This document shows positions 8,788 to 17,933 of a stretch of DNA of 64,000 bases, piece after piece. Under the pieces are notes generated by a model that saw nothing but the letters and a program-made list of their open reading frames with translations, was not told the DNA's origin and searched no databases. The stretch is from Gammaproteobacteria bacterium (GTDB taxonomy: Bacteria; Pseudomonadota; Gammaproteobacteria; Steroidobacterales; UBA11654): NCBI GenBank assembly GCA_029941465.1, contig JAPYQN010000004.1, positions 13,111 to 77,110 on the forward strand, read 5' to 3'. The translations under genes and the position numbers were made by a program. The stretch's first letter is position 1. The number at the start of each line of letters is the position of its first letter.

Positions 8788-10071
8788 TTAGTCCTGTTCT
8801 TGCCATCCTTTCCTCACTATTATGAAGGAAAAAAGTATTGAAGGGATGCCCATAAAGGCTGCCCATATAAAGAAATTAGACCAGCCATAGTGATCAACAA
8901 GTTGGCCTGAAAAACCACTCAGTATTATTCCTAAAAGAAACATAATTGATGTAAATAAAGCATACTGTGATGCCGCATAATCTCTATTAGTTAGGCTGGA
9001 AAGAAAGGCTATAAAAATAGATCCTGAAAAACCTAATGCAAAATTATCAGCACTAATAGTAAGGATTAAAATCTCTATATTTGGACCCATGCTTTCAAGT
9101 AATAGAAAAAATAGGTTTGTTATTGCCAGTAATATACTGCTTATTATTAAGGGCCTAGATATACCATATCGGACAACTGAAAGCCCTCCAATCAATGTCC
9201 CTAAAACTGTTACTGCAAACCCAAAGACCTTTGTAATTGTTGCAATTTCACTCAAATTAAACCCTATATCCATATAAAAAGGGTTAGCAACAACATTGAC
9301 CAATAGATCGCTCATACGATACACACCAATAAATATAATCAACATTAAAGACCAGCTACCATTTCTCCTAAAAAATTCCATGAAAGGTTCCAAAATAGAC
9401 TTCTGAAATGAGTATCCTTCTCCATCTAAAGATTTTTTATGTATAGGCTCAGGAATTAATAAAACTGTTATTATCCCAATTAACATCAAAGGTGCTAAAG
9501 CTTGATAGGCGATTTTCCAAGAATAGTAATCAGCCAAATACAGAGCGCCTGCAGCAGAAAACAAAAATGAAATTCGATACCCTAATTGATAACTAGCACC
9601 CATCGCTCCCTGATATTTATTACTAATAATCTCAACCCGATACGCATCAATAGCAATATCTTGACTGGCTGATGCAAAAGCTATTGCTATACTTATTATT
9701 GCTAAGAAGCCAAGTTCAGTTTGAGGATCTATACTAGGAATGAAAAGTAACCCAGAAAAAATTAAAATTTGTGTGAGAAGAATCCATGATCTTCTTTGAC
9801 CTAATGTTTTTGATAAATATTGAATTGAAACATTATCTAAAATAGGGGCCCATAAAAATTTAATTGCATAAATAATGCCTACCCATGCAAACATTGTAAG
9901 GTCAGTCATACTGATCTTGGCAGAAGCCAGCCATGCAGAAAGACTGGCAAACAATAATGGGTGAGGCAAGCCAGCAGAAAATCCTAAAAAAGTCATCCTA
10001 ATTACTTCAGGCTTTAAATAAATTTTTAGGCCTAGTTGTATGACTTCTTGCTTACTAGAATTCATAATCAT
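8788..10071 (-). CDS. ampG: AmpG-family muropeptide/MFS permease
   Basis: LGFSAGLP...KFLWAPILD...RRSWILLTQI...ASASQDIAIDAYR are collinear with E. coli AmpG. About 12 TM. The start may be ATG 10065. Confidence 0.75.
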   Translation of the reverse strand: MIMNSSKQEVIQLGLKIYLKPEVIRMTFLGFSAGLPHPLLFASLSAWLASAKISMTDLTMFAWVGIIYAIKFLWAPILDNVSIQYLSKTLGQRRSWILLTQILIFSGLLFIPSIDPQTELGFLAIISIAIAFASASQDIAIDAYRVEIISNKYQGAMGASYQLGYRISFLFSAAGALYLADYYSWKIAYQALAPLMLIGIITVLLIPEPIHKKSLDGEGYSFQKSILEPFMEFFRRNGSWSLMLIIFIGVYRMSDLLVNVVANPFYMDIGFNLSEIATITKVFGFAVTVLGTLIGGLSVVRYGISRPLIISSILLAITNLFFLLLESMGPNIEILILTISADNFALGFSGSIFIAFLSSLTNRDYAASQYALFTSIMFLLGIILSGFSGQLVDHYGWSNFFIWAAFMGIPSILFSFIIVRKGWQEQD

Positions 10072-10828
10072 ACTGATTAACTAATGGAGCATGATCAGAA
10101 AATTTCTGCTCTTTATAAATATAAGAGTCCATTACTTTTCCTTTAAAATCATTTGTTAAAATCTGATAATCAATTCGCCATCCAACATTATTCTGATATG
10201 CATTACCTCTATTTGACCACCAAGTATATTCACTATCGTTTTGATTCACTTCTCTAAAAGTATCAGTACATGACAAATCATTAAAAATAAAATTCAGCCA
10301 AGCCCTCTCTTCGGGCAAACAACCAGAATTCTTTTGATTGGCTTTCCAATTTTTTATATCTATTTCTTTGTGAACTATATTTACATCACCACAAAATATA
10401 TAGGGGGTTTTATTTTTAATTCTCTCTTTTAATAAGTCACTGAATTGATCCAAAAATCGATACTTTAAATCTTGTCTAATTGTGCCGGTAGTGCCTGAAG
10501 GGAAATAAATTGAAGCGATATTGAAGTTCTCAAAAACACACTCAATATAACGACCCTCAGCATCAAACTCTTTACAACCAAGGCCTTCAATAACATTATT
10601 AGGTTTTAATTTAGTGAAGATGGCCACCCCACTATAGCCTTTTCTCATAGCCACATAATGAAAACAGTGATAATTACTTGGCCAAAATGCTTCACTTTTA
10701 ATGTCATCCAACTGAGCTCGGACTTCTTGCAAACAGACAAAATCAGCACTCTCTTTTTTTAACCATTCAAACAACCCTTTTTTTTGAGCTGCACGAATGC
10801 CATTAACATTTAATGTGATTACCTTAAT
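10055..10828 (-). CDS. xth: Exodeoxyribonuclease III family nuclease (paralogue 1), proposed ATT start
   Basis: Has QEVR, the ...SDHAPL C-terminus, and the conserved N-terminal ITLNVNGIRAA. That N-terminal block lies upstream of the ORF-track TTG start. The only candidate initiator after the in-frame stop (10841-10843) is ATT 10826-10828, 6 nt after AAGGAGG. Confidence 0.75.
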   Translation of the reverse strand: MKVITLNVNGIRAAQKKGLFEWLKKESADFVCLQEVRAQLDDIKSEAFWPSNYHCFHYVAMRKGYSGVAIFTKLKPNNVIEGLGCKEFDAEGRYIECVFENFNIASIYFPSGTTGTIRQDLKYRFLDQFSDLLKERIKNKTPYIFCGDVNIVHKEIDIKNWKANQKNSGCLPEERAWLNFIFNDLSCTDTFREVNQNDSEYTWWSNRGNAYQNNVGWRIDYQILTNDFKGKVMDSYIYKEQKFSDHAPLVNQYDYEF

Positions 10829-10913
10829 TAGATCCCTCCTTTAAGCTATGCCTTCATAATCATTTCATTCTATGAGATGCTAGACATATCATGTCGATCT
10901 AAGTGTATATTGT

Positions 10914-11558
10914 ATGGAAAATTACAAACAGAAATTTATCAGATTATCACTAGAAATAGGGGCGCTAAAATTTGGAGAATTTCAACTTAAGTCAGGAAGA
11001 ATTAGTCCTTATTTCTTTAATATGGGCCTTTTCAGCTCAGGCCCTCTAATCAAAAATATAGGTGATTTTTATGCTGCTGCCCTTGTTAGTAGCAATATAA
11101 ATTACGACATAGTTTTTGGACCAGCTTATAAAGGTATTCCAATAGTTACCGCACTTGCTTCTTCACTCTCAACATCTTATCAATTAGATAAGCCTTTTGT
11201 TTACAACAGAAAGGAGATTAAAAACCATGGAGAAGGTGGGGTTACTGTTGGAGAAAAATTAAGGGGAAATGTGGTTATTGTGGATGATGTCATAACAGCT
11301 GGAACAGCAATAAGAGAGGCTGTTGGAATTATCAATAATTCTGGTGCGACCACAACCGGTATAGTGATATCACTTGATAGGCAAGAAAAAGGAACTGGAA
11401 ATTTATCAGCAGCAAAGGAAATAAGTAACGCTCTTAATATCCCTGTTATATCAATAGTAAATCTCGATGAAGTTATTGACTACATAGAAAACAACCCATC
11501 TGATTATGGTCAACATATCGATACAATTAAAAAGTATAGAGAAGAATACGGAGTTTAA
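10914..11558 (+). CDS. pyrE: Orotate phosphoribosyltransferase
   Basis: FGEFQLKSGRISPYFFN and the VVIVDDVITAGTA PRPP motif. 214 aa. Confidence 0.92.
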   Translation: MENYKQKFIRLSLEIGALKFGEFQLKSGRISPYFFNMGLFSSGPLIKNIGDFYAAALVSSNINYDIVFGPAYKGIPIVTALASSLSTSYQLDKPFVYNRKEIKNHGEGGVTVGEKLRGNVVIVDDVITAGTAIREAVGIINNSGATTTGIVISLDRQEKGTGNLSAAKEISNALNIPVISIVNLDEVIDYIENNPSDYGQHIDTIKKYREEYGV

Positions 11559-11560
11559 GG

Positions 11561-12013
11561 TTAGCCTGTATGTCCAAACCCACCTGAACCTCTCTCTGAC
11601 TCATCAAAATCTTCTACCACATTAAAATTAACTTGCTCAACCGGTAAAAAGACCATTTGTGCTATCCTCATCCCAGGCTCAATATCAATCTGCTTGGATC
11701 CTCTGTTCCAACAAGAAATAAAAACTTGGCCTTGATAATCAGAGTCAATTAAACCAACCAAATTACCAAGCACTAAACCTTTTTTATGGCCTAACCCAGA
11801 TCTGGGTAAAAGCACAGCTGCTAGACTAGGGTCTTTAATATGTATTGCAATCCCACTAGGAATTAGCTCAGTATCCCCTGGTTGTAAGGAAACTGTTTGA
11901 TCAATACATGCTTGAAGATCAACCCCAGCTGAACCATCAGTTTGATATTCAGGTAAGCTAAAATTATCACCAATGCGTGGATCAATAATTTTAAGGTCTA
12001 TGGTTTTTTTCAT
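11561..12013 (-). CDS. dut: dUTP diphosphatase
   Basis: [24 protein letters not shown] and [10 protein letters not shown] motifs. 150 aa. Confidence 0.93.
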   Translation of the reverse strand: MKKTIDLKIIDPRIGDNFSLPEYQTDGSAGVDLQACIDQTVSLQPGDTELIPSGIAIHIKDPSLAAVLLPRSGLGHKKGLVLGNLVGLIDSDYQGQVFISCWNRGSKQIDIEPGMRIAQMVFLPVEQVNFNVVEDFDESERGSGGFGHTG

Positions 12014-12097
12014 AATATAAAAAAGAATTATTAGAGTAGTTTAATTCTTTTGTCTTCAGGTCACCAGACTGGGTGCATACTTTTTTCTCATAAATTC

Positions 12098-12126
12098 TTG
12101 CTATGTTATGTAGCTATTGGTATAAA
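12098..12126 (+). promoter_or_regulatory. Putative sigma-70 promoter for rpmB-rpmG
   Basis: TTGCTA (12098-12103), a 17-nt spacer, then TATAAA (12121-12126), about 50 nt upstream of the rpmB ATG. Confidence 0.4.
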
Positions 12127-12177
12127 AGCCGTCCTAAATGCAAAAAACATATACAGGTTAACAATAAAAAGAAAGAA

Positions 12178-12414
12178 ATGGCGAAAGTCTGTGAAGTAAC
12201 TGGCAAAAGAACAACAAGTGGAAATAATGTTTCGCATGCAAACAACAGAACGAGACGAAAATTCTTTCCTAATTTGCACACGCATCGTATTTGGGTTGAG
12301 AGTCAAAATAAATACATAAAGCTACGCCTTTCTAAAAAAGGGTTAAGAACAATCGACAAATTAGGGATAGACCATGTTCTTGCTAATTTGAAAGATTTTG
12401 GAGAAAAAGCATAA
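12178..12414 (+). CDS. rpmB: 50S ribosomal protein L28
   Basis: [33 protein letters not shown]..., 78 aa. The ORF-track start at 12103 is a spurious 25-codon extension. Confidence 0.93.
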   Translation: MAKVCEVTGKRTTSGNNVSHANNRTRRKFFPNLHTHRIWVESQNKYIKLRLSKKGLRTIDKLGIDHVLANLKDFGEKA

Positions 12415-12570
12415 ATGCGTGAAAAAATAAAACTAGTCTCTACTGCTAAAACAGGTCATTACTACACGACCACTAAAAACAAGAAAGAACACCCTGATAA
12501 AATGCAAACAAAAAAGTTTGATCCTAAAATCAGAAAACACGTTCTGTATAAAGAATCTAAAATTAAATAA
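12415..12570 (+). CDS. rpmG: 50S ribosomal protein L33
   Basis: Not in the ORF track (51 aa). ATG 12415 immediately follows the rpmB stop. Translation: [51 protein letters not shown]. Confidence 0.9.
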   Translation: MREKIKLVSTAKTGHYYTTTKNKKEHPDKMQTKKFDPKIRKHVLYKESKIK

Positions 12571-12607
12571 TTTTATTCCATAAAACATGTGGGCATAATT
12601 AAAAACA

Positions 12608-13429
12608 ATGCCTGAGCTACCAGAGGTTGAAGTAACCAAACGATCACTAAAAAGTCACCTGCAAGGTCGGCAGATAGAGCGTATTAATGTTAGAGAAAAG
12701 CGCTTAAGATGGCCATTAAATCTCAACCAACTGAATCACTTACTTAATCAAGATATTTTAAGCCTATCAAGGAGAGGGAAGTATATCTTAATCAATAGTG
12801 AGCGCGGAACTGCTTTAATTCATTTAGGAATGTCAGGCAGTATTGGAATTCTAAAGAATGATAGACCAATAAAAAAACACGATCATTTTGATTTGGTTAC
12901 GGATAACAAGGTAATTATTAGATTCACTGACCCAAGAAGATTTGGTTCGTTTATCTGGGCAGGTAAAAACCCTGAAAAACACAAGCTTCTTAAAAACCTT
13001 GGGCCAGAACCTCTTAACAATGACCAATTAGGCTTACACTTGCACAACTTGAGCAAGGGTCGCAAGACATCAGTTAAGGCATTTATAATGAATGCCAACA
13101 TTGTTGTTGGTGTTGGAAATATTTATGCCAGTGAATCACTATTCATTAGTGGCATTCATCCTAAAAGAAGAGCAAATGCTGTTAGTAAAAATAGATATCT
13201 TAAACTAGCAACCGCTATACAAAACACACTTGAAAAATCTATTAACATGGGTGGAACAACTCTGAGAGACTTTACTTACTCTGATGCTGGACAAAAAGTT
13301 GGTTACTTTAAACAGGAACTTAATGTTTATGGTAGAGGGGGTTCGCAGTGTTCAAAATGTGAGCAGCCAATAAAATCAGTCTTACTTAGTGGTAGAAGCT
13401 CTTTTTATTGTTCTAACTGTCAGCATTAA
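12608..13429 (+). CDS. mutM: Formamidopyrimidine-DNA glycosylase
   Basis: MPELPEVE N-terminus and the C-terminal zinc finger CSKCEQPI...YCSNCQ. 273 aa. Confidence 0.93.
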   Translation: MPELPEVEVTKRSLKSHLQGRQIERINVREKRLRWPLNLNQLNHLLNQDILSLSRRGKYILINSERGTALIHLGMSGSIGILKNDRPIKKHDHFDLVTDNKVIIRFTDPRRFGSFIWAGKNPEKHKLLKNLGPEPLNNDQLGLHLHNLSKGRKTSVKAFIMNANIVVGVGNIYASESLFISGIHPKRRANAVSKNRYLKLATAIQNTLEKSINMGGTTLRDFTYSDAGQKVGYFKQELNVYGRGGSQCSKCEQPIKSVLLSGRSSFYCSNCQH

Positions 13430-15133
13430 TTAATAGTAATCAACTTCACTGTCATCAATCAGTGCTCTAGGATCTGAAGAGGTGTCAACTTTGCCATTTG
13501 ATTTTTGCATTGTGACAATTTGCATGTTCCCATAGTCTGCAATTTCTTCCAGATTGTGCCCTTTAGATTGAAGCTCTTGAATCATATCTTTACTAAACGT
13601 GTCTCTCTCGTATTGTATGACATCTGGTAAATACTGATGATGAAAACGATTTAATGATGTCATTGCATCGGCTGATCCGCCATTCGTCCAATTTAAAATA
13701 GACAGAAGCACCATCGTAATAATTTTAGCTCCTCCAGGAGTCCCTAAAATAGCTATACCTTTATCAGACTCAATAAAAGTAGGTGTCATGCTAGATAGCA
13801 TCCTTTTTTTAGGCTCAATAGAGTTTGCCTCACCGTGCACTAGACCATATCGATTAGGTGCAAAAGGCTTAGCGGAAAAATCATCCATTTCATTGTTTAA
13901 TATAAACCCAGCAGAAGGGACCATATAGCCCGAACCAAACCATGTATTAATCGTTTGAGTTGTGGCAACCCGGTTTCCTTGATTATCTATGATTGAAAAA
14001 TGAGTTGTTTCTGTGCCTTTGTTGGCATTTAAAGCAATCGTCATATTATCTTCAAGGTGGATAGGGGTAGCCTGAGTTAAATCGATCGTTTCTGTGTGCT
14101 TAACCGCATGATCTAACCCAATCAACTTATTAATTGGAATATTAACAAAATCAGGGTCACCAAGATACGCTGCTCGATCTTGATATGCTCTTCGCATAGC
14201 CTCAACTATTAAATGAATTAGGTCAGCTTCTTCCATTTGTTTATAGTCGTATTGGGCAAGGATATTTAAGATGGCAGCTATAGTGGTTCCACCAGATGAC
14301 GGGGGTGGTGCAAGGGTTAGTCTAAATTCTTTAAAGGCTACTGTAATCGGCGAACGTTCCACAACCTGATAATCATAAAAATCTGCTAAAGACCAAATTG
14401 ACCCATCCTTGTTGGTTTCATTGATGATAGTTTTAGTCAGCTCGCTGTCATAAAATCCTTGATGGCCCTGTTCAGCTATGGTTTTTAGTGTAGTGGCGAG
14501 TTCTTTTTGCTTAATCACATAACCAACATCTGGCAGTTTATTATTAGGTAAGAAGATCTCCTTAAACTTGGGAGACATCACATCAACTTTCAGGGCAACC
14601 CTTAAGGCAACCAGCAGCCTTTCATAAACAGGGAAACCCTGTTCGGCAAGCTCAATTGCAGGCCTCAAAACTGTATCTAATGGGAGTCTTCCATAATTTT
14701 CAGAAATGTAGACAAGCGCAGCTGGTAAACCGGGTATACCAGAAGCCAGTGGACCGTCTAGAGAAACCCTAGGTATCACATTTTGCTTCTCATCCAAATA
14801 CATTTCTGAGTAAGATTCAAGTGGGGCAACCTCTCTTGCATCTATAAATGTTGAGAGCTCATCACTACTTCGGTAAAGGAGAAAAAACCCACCACCACCA
14901 AGCCCTGAGCTATATGGCTCTACCACAGAAAGAGCAGCACTAACTGCAACAGCAGCATCAAAAGCATTGCCTCCTTGTTCTAAAATTGTATAACCTGCTT
15001 TAGTTGCTAATGGATGAGCAGAAGCGATGCCAGGTTGTTGTGGTTTGGTTGGTTGACTAAAAGCAATCGGGGTATTGATCAGTGAAATACAAATCAAGAC
15101 TTGTAAGAATGCTTTACTAAACAAATTATGCAT
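13430..15133 (-). CDS. ggt: Gamma-glutamyltranspeptidase (signal peptide)
   Basis: SSGLGGGGFFLLY, the autoprocessing site GTETTHFSIID, and MSSMTPT. 567 aa. Confidence 0.88.
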   Translation of the reverse strand: MHNLFSKAFLQVLICISLINTPIAFSQPTKPQQPGIASAHPLATKAGYTILEQGGNAFDAAVAVSAALSVVEPYSSGLGGGGFFLLYRSSDELSTFIDAREVAPLESYSEMYLDEKQNVIPRVSLDGPLASGIPGLPAALVYISENYGRLPLDTVLRPAIELAEQGFPVYERLLVALRVALKVDVMSPKFKEIFLPNNKLPDVGYVIKQKELATTLKTIAEQGHQGFYDSELTKTIINETNKDGSIWSLADFYDYQVVERSPITVAFKEFRLTLAPPPSSGGTTIAAILNILAQYDYKQMEEADLIHLIVEAMRRAYQDRAAYLGDPDFVNIPINKLIGLDHAVKHTETIDLTQATPIHLEDNMTIALNANKGTETTHFSIIDNQGNRVATTQTINTWFGSGYMVPSAGFILNNEMDDFSAKPFAPNRYGLVHGEANSIEPKKRMLSSMTPTFIESDKGIAILGTPGGAKIITMVLLSILNWTNGGSADAMTSLNRFHHQYLPDVIQYERDTFSKDMIQELQSKGHNLEEIADYGNMQIVTMQKSNGKVDTSSDPRALIDDSEVDYY

Positions 15134-15609
15134 TATTTTTTATAGATTTCTGCTAGGGCGCTTTGAACAATCGGATGAACAAAATCAGATATATTGCCGC
15201 CTTCTTGTGCTATTTGTCGAATCAACGATGATGAGATAAAAGCATTTTGATCACCGCTGCTTAAAAACACTGTTTCAATATCATCGGCAAGTCTTTTGTT
15301 CATGCTGGCCAGCTCAAACTCATACTGGCCGTCAGCTGGTGACCTCAAGCCCCTTACAATAACTCTTGCTTCAATTGATTTTGCAAAGTTTATGGTCAGG
15401 CCATCATAGGCTGCAACTTCAATATTGTTAAAACTATTAAGGACCTCATTAACCATTTCTAGTCTTTGATCGAGTGAAAATAATGGGTTTTTTTCAGGGC
15501 TCTTTGCTACTCCAACAACAAGGTCTCCAAATAATGTTGAAGCTCTTCTGATGATTTCAAAATGTCCGTTTGTGATTGGGTCAAATGTCCCCGGGTACAA
15601 TGCAATCAT
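15133..15609 (-). CDS. coaD: Phosphopantetheine adenylyltransferase
   Basis: YPGTFDPITNGH and ISSSLIR motifs. 158 aa. Confidence 0.92.
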   Translation of the reverse strand: MIALYPGTFDPITNGHFEIIRRASTLFGDLVVGVAKSPEKNPLFSLDQRLEMVNEVLNSFNNIEVAAYDGLTINFAKSIEARVIVRGLRSPADGQYEFELASMNKRLADDIETVFLSSGDQNAFISSSLIRQIAQEGGNISDFVHPIVQSALAEIYKK

Positions 15610-15623
15610 GTTAACTCCGTAAA

Positions 15624-16190
15624 TTAATCTCTGTCAGTCTGTCTAATAAGGCCATAGTATACTTTACCCGCCCTAGATTCTTTATAAATATAGCAACCAA
15701 ATTGGCCTTCAGTAGTTATTGATTGGTTGGTTTCATAATAAACCCATGTTGTTTTAGAGGCCCAATTATTTTTATATAAGAGAGTTATTATCTCTATGAG
15801 ATCACAGGATCCATATGGGGGGTCTATAAAGATAATATCAAAGGAGCCCTTTTTATTTTTGCTGCCAATAAATTTAAATGCATCCATACATAAGTTGGTG
15901 TAATTACAAATACCTATGCTTTCTATTTGTTGTTCAAGACTTCGATGAACGTTGGGTGAACTATCAATTAGGGTTAGGTGTGTACCCCCTCTAGATAGTG
16001 CCTCAATTCCAAGCACACCTGAGCCAGCAAAAAGATCTAATACATTGGAATCATGAATAATGGGGTCCAACCAATTAAACAATGTTTCCCTAACTCTGTC
16101 CGGTGTGGGTTTAACAGCTGGGTCATTCATTGTTAGCTTTCTACCTTTATACTGCCCGCTGATAATTCGAACTTCTTTAGAGGATGACAT
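15624..16190 (-). CDS. rsmD: 16S rRNA (guanine966-N2)-methyltransferase
   Basis: RPTPDRVRETLFNWL, DLFAGSGVLGIEALSRG and IFIDPPY. 188 aa. Confidence 0.85.
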   Translation of the reverse strand: MSSSKEVRIISGQYKGRKLTMNDPAVKPTPDRVRETLFNWLDPIIHDSNVLDLFAGSGVLGIEALSRGGTHLTLIDSSPNVHRSLEQQIESIGICNYTNLCMDAFKFIGSKNKKGSFDIIFIDPPYGSCDLIEIITLLYKNNWASKTTWVYYETNQSITTEGQFGCYIYKESRAGKVYYGLIRQTDRD

Positions 16191-16305
16191 AAGGTTCTTC
16201 TGTGGTTTTTGCGCAATTTTAATGTGAATATATAGTTAATTTTAAACCTAAATAATGATATAATCTATTGATAAATATAGATTTTTAAATATTAGGTGTC
16301 TAATA

Positions 16306-16334
16306 TTTAGCACTCTCGCTATCTGAGTGCTAAA
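16306..16334 (+). promoter_or_regulatory. Perfect 10-bp inverted repeat (tttagcactc-N9-gagtgctaaa) in the rpoH upstream/leader region
   Basis: Read directly. Ends 24 nt before the rpoH ATG. Could be an RNA hairpin or a dimeric operator. Confidence 0.35.
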
Positions 16335-16358
16335 ATCATTGCCCCAATAGGAAAATAT

Positions 16359-17222
16359 ATGACAAACGAATTGGTATTAAAAAATGAATTAGCATTAATG
16401 GGCCCAATGGGCAGCCTAAGTGCTTATATTAATATTGTAAACCAATCCCCAATACTCTCTAGAGAAGAAGAAAGAGAGTTGGCGTATCGTTACAAAAATG
16501 ATAATGATCTCGATGCAGCAAGGCAACTCATTATGTCTCAATTACGATTTGTTGTTCATATTGCAAGAACATACAACGGTTATGGCCTTCCACTTGCTGA
16601 TTTAATTCAAGAAGGAAACATCGGGCTTATGAAAGCTGTTAAAAAATTTAATCCTGATAAAGGCGTAAGACTGGTCACCTATGCTGTCTATTGGATTAGA
16701 TCAGAAATACATGAGTTTGTATTTAACAATTGGAAAATAGTAAAAGTGGCTACAACAAAAGCTCAGAGAAAACTTTTTTTTAAGTTAAGAGGTGCAAAAA
16801 AACGACTTGGTTGGCTCACTAACGATGAAAAAAAATTGATAGCTCAAGATCTAGGCGTTAAATCAACAGATGTAGCAACAATGGAACAAAGGTTTGCGTC
16901 AGTTGACATGTCATATGATCTTGGAAGCACAGATTCAGAAGAAGATTATGTGTCTCCTGCTGGATTTTTACCATCACCGGATCCTGATCCCTCACAAATT
17001 GTAGAAAAAGACAATTGGCTTGAAGGAAAAACAGAAGAGCTGAGCAGGGCGCTTCAATCACTTGACCAAAGAAGTAAAGAAATACTTACACAACGTTGGT
17101 TGACTGATAAAAAAGTAACCCTTAAAAAATTAGCTAAACACTATAAGGTCTCGATAGAGCGGATCAGGCAAATTGAGGTTAATGCCATAAAAGAACTCCG
17201 TGCAAAACTCGAGGAAGCATAA
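16359..17222 (+). CDS. rpoH: RNA polymerase sigma-32 (heat-shock sigma factor)
   Basis: The RpoH-box-like QRKLFFKLRGAKKRLGW plus regions 2 and 4. 287 aa. Confidence 0.92.
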   Translation: MTNELVLKNELALMGPMGSLSAYINIVNQSPILSREEERELAYRYKNDNDLDAARQLIMSQLRFVVHIARTYNGYGLPLADLIQEGNIGLMKAVKKFNPDKGVRLVTYAVYWIRSEIHEFVFNNWKIVKVATTKAQRKLFFKLRGAKKRLGWLTNDEKKLIAQDLGVKSTDVATMEQRFASVDMSYDLGSTDSEEDYVSPAGFLPSPDPDPSQIVEKDNWLEGKTEELSRALQSLDQRSKEILTQRWLTDKKVTLKKLAKHYKVSIERIRQIEVNAIKELRAKLEEA

Positions 17223-17874
17223 TAAAAAATCTATCAGGAGCTTTGTTAAAAGATCTGGACGGTTAACAAAATCCCAAAAAAATGCTCTTCAAGATTATTC
17301 TTCAAATTACATTCTTGATACAAATAATAGTAGCACAGACCTAAAAAGTTGCTTCGATTCAAAACAGCATGGTGTAGTTATAGAAATAGGGTTTGGAGAT
17401 GGAGTAGTACTCATTGAATCTGCTATAAAAAACCCTGATAAGAACTTTATTGGAATAGAGGTTTATGACTCAGGTCTTGGTCAATGCTTAAATGAAATTG
17501 ATAAACATAAGATCGAAAATATACGTTTAATTTATGGTGATGCTGTGGAGGTGTTTGAACAATTCATTACCAAACAAAGTGTTGAAAAAATTAACATACT
17601 TTTTCCTGACCCTTGGCCAAAAAAAAGACATCACAAACGAAGATTAATCAATAAAAGGTTTTTGGCTCTGTTGTCTAAATCTCTTATAAATAAAGGCATT
17701 GTTAATGTTTCCACTGATTGGGAAGATTATGCTCAACAGATTGAGCTTACCTTTAAAGAAAGCAATCAGTTTAAAGAGATTAAAAGTGAATTAAGGGATT
17801 TCAAAACAAAGTTTGAAAAAAGGGGCATTAAACTGGGACACAAAATATTTAATTATTCTTACCAATTAACTTAA
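17200..17874 (+). CDS. trmB: tRNA (guanine46-N7)-methyltransferase
   Basis: IRSFVKRSGRLTKSQKNAL and FPDPWPKKRHHKRR. GTG start overlaps the rpoH end by 23 nt. Confidence 0.85.
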   Translation: MQNSRKHNKKSIRSFVKRSGRLTKSQKNALQDYSSNYILDTNNSSTDLKSCFDSKQHGVVIEIGFGDGVVLIESAIKNPDKNFIGIEVYDSGLGQCLNEIDKHKIENIRLIYGDAVEVFEQFITKQSVEKINILFPDPWPKKRHHKRRLINKRFLALLSKSLINKGIVNVSTDWEDYAQQIELTFKESNQFKEIKSELRDFKTKFEKRGIKLGHKIFNYSYQLT

Positions 17875-17933
17875 ATTCAAACTTTGGTAATGTTGGGTCC
17901 CTGTATGTTTATCTCCAAATGCCAATAAACTGG

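Noticed and set aside
12103-12177. 5' extensions of ORF-track calls: rpmB from 12103, pntAA from 38969, pntAB from 37710, def from 48954, gltD from 23017, cupin from 21303, frmA from 3464.
   Set aside because: The conserved protein N-termini begin at internal ATGs that have Shine-Dalgarno sequences. The extensions encode implausible residues and overlap neighbouring genes or promoters.
17200-17222. The rpoH/trmB 23-nt overlap, considered as a sign of a frameshift or gene fusion.
   Set aside because: Both proteins are full length with normal termini. A GTG start within the upstream gene's end is ordinary in compact genomes.
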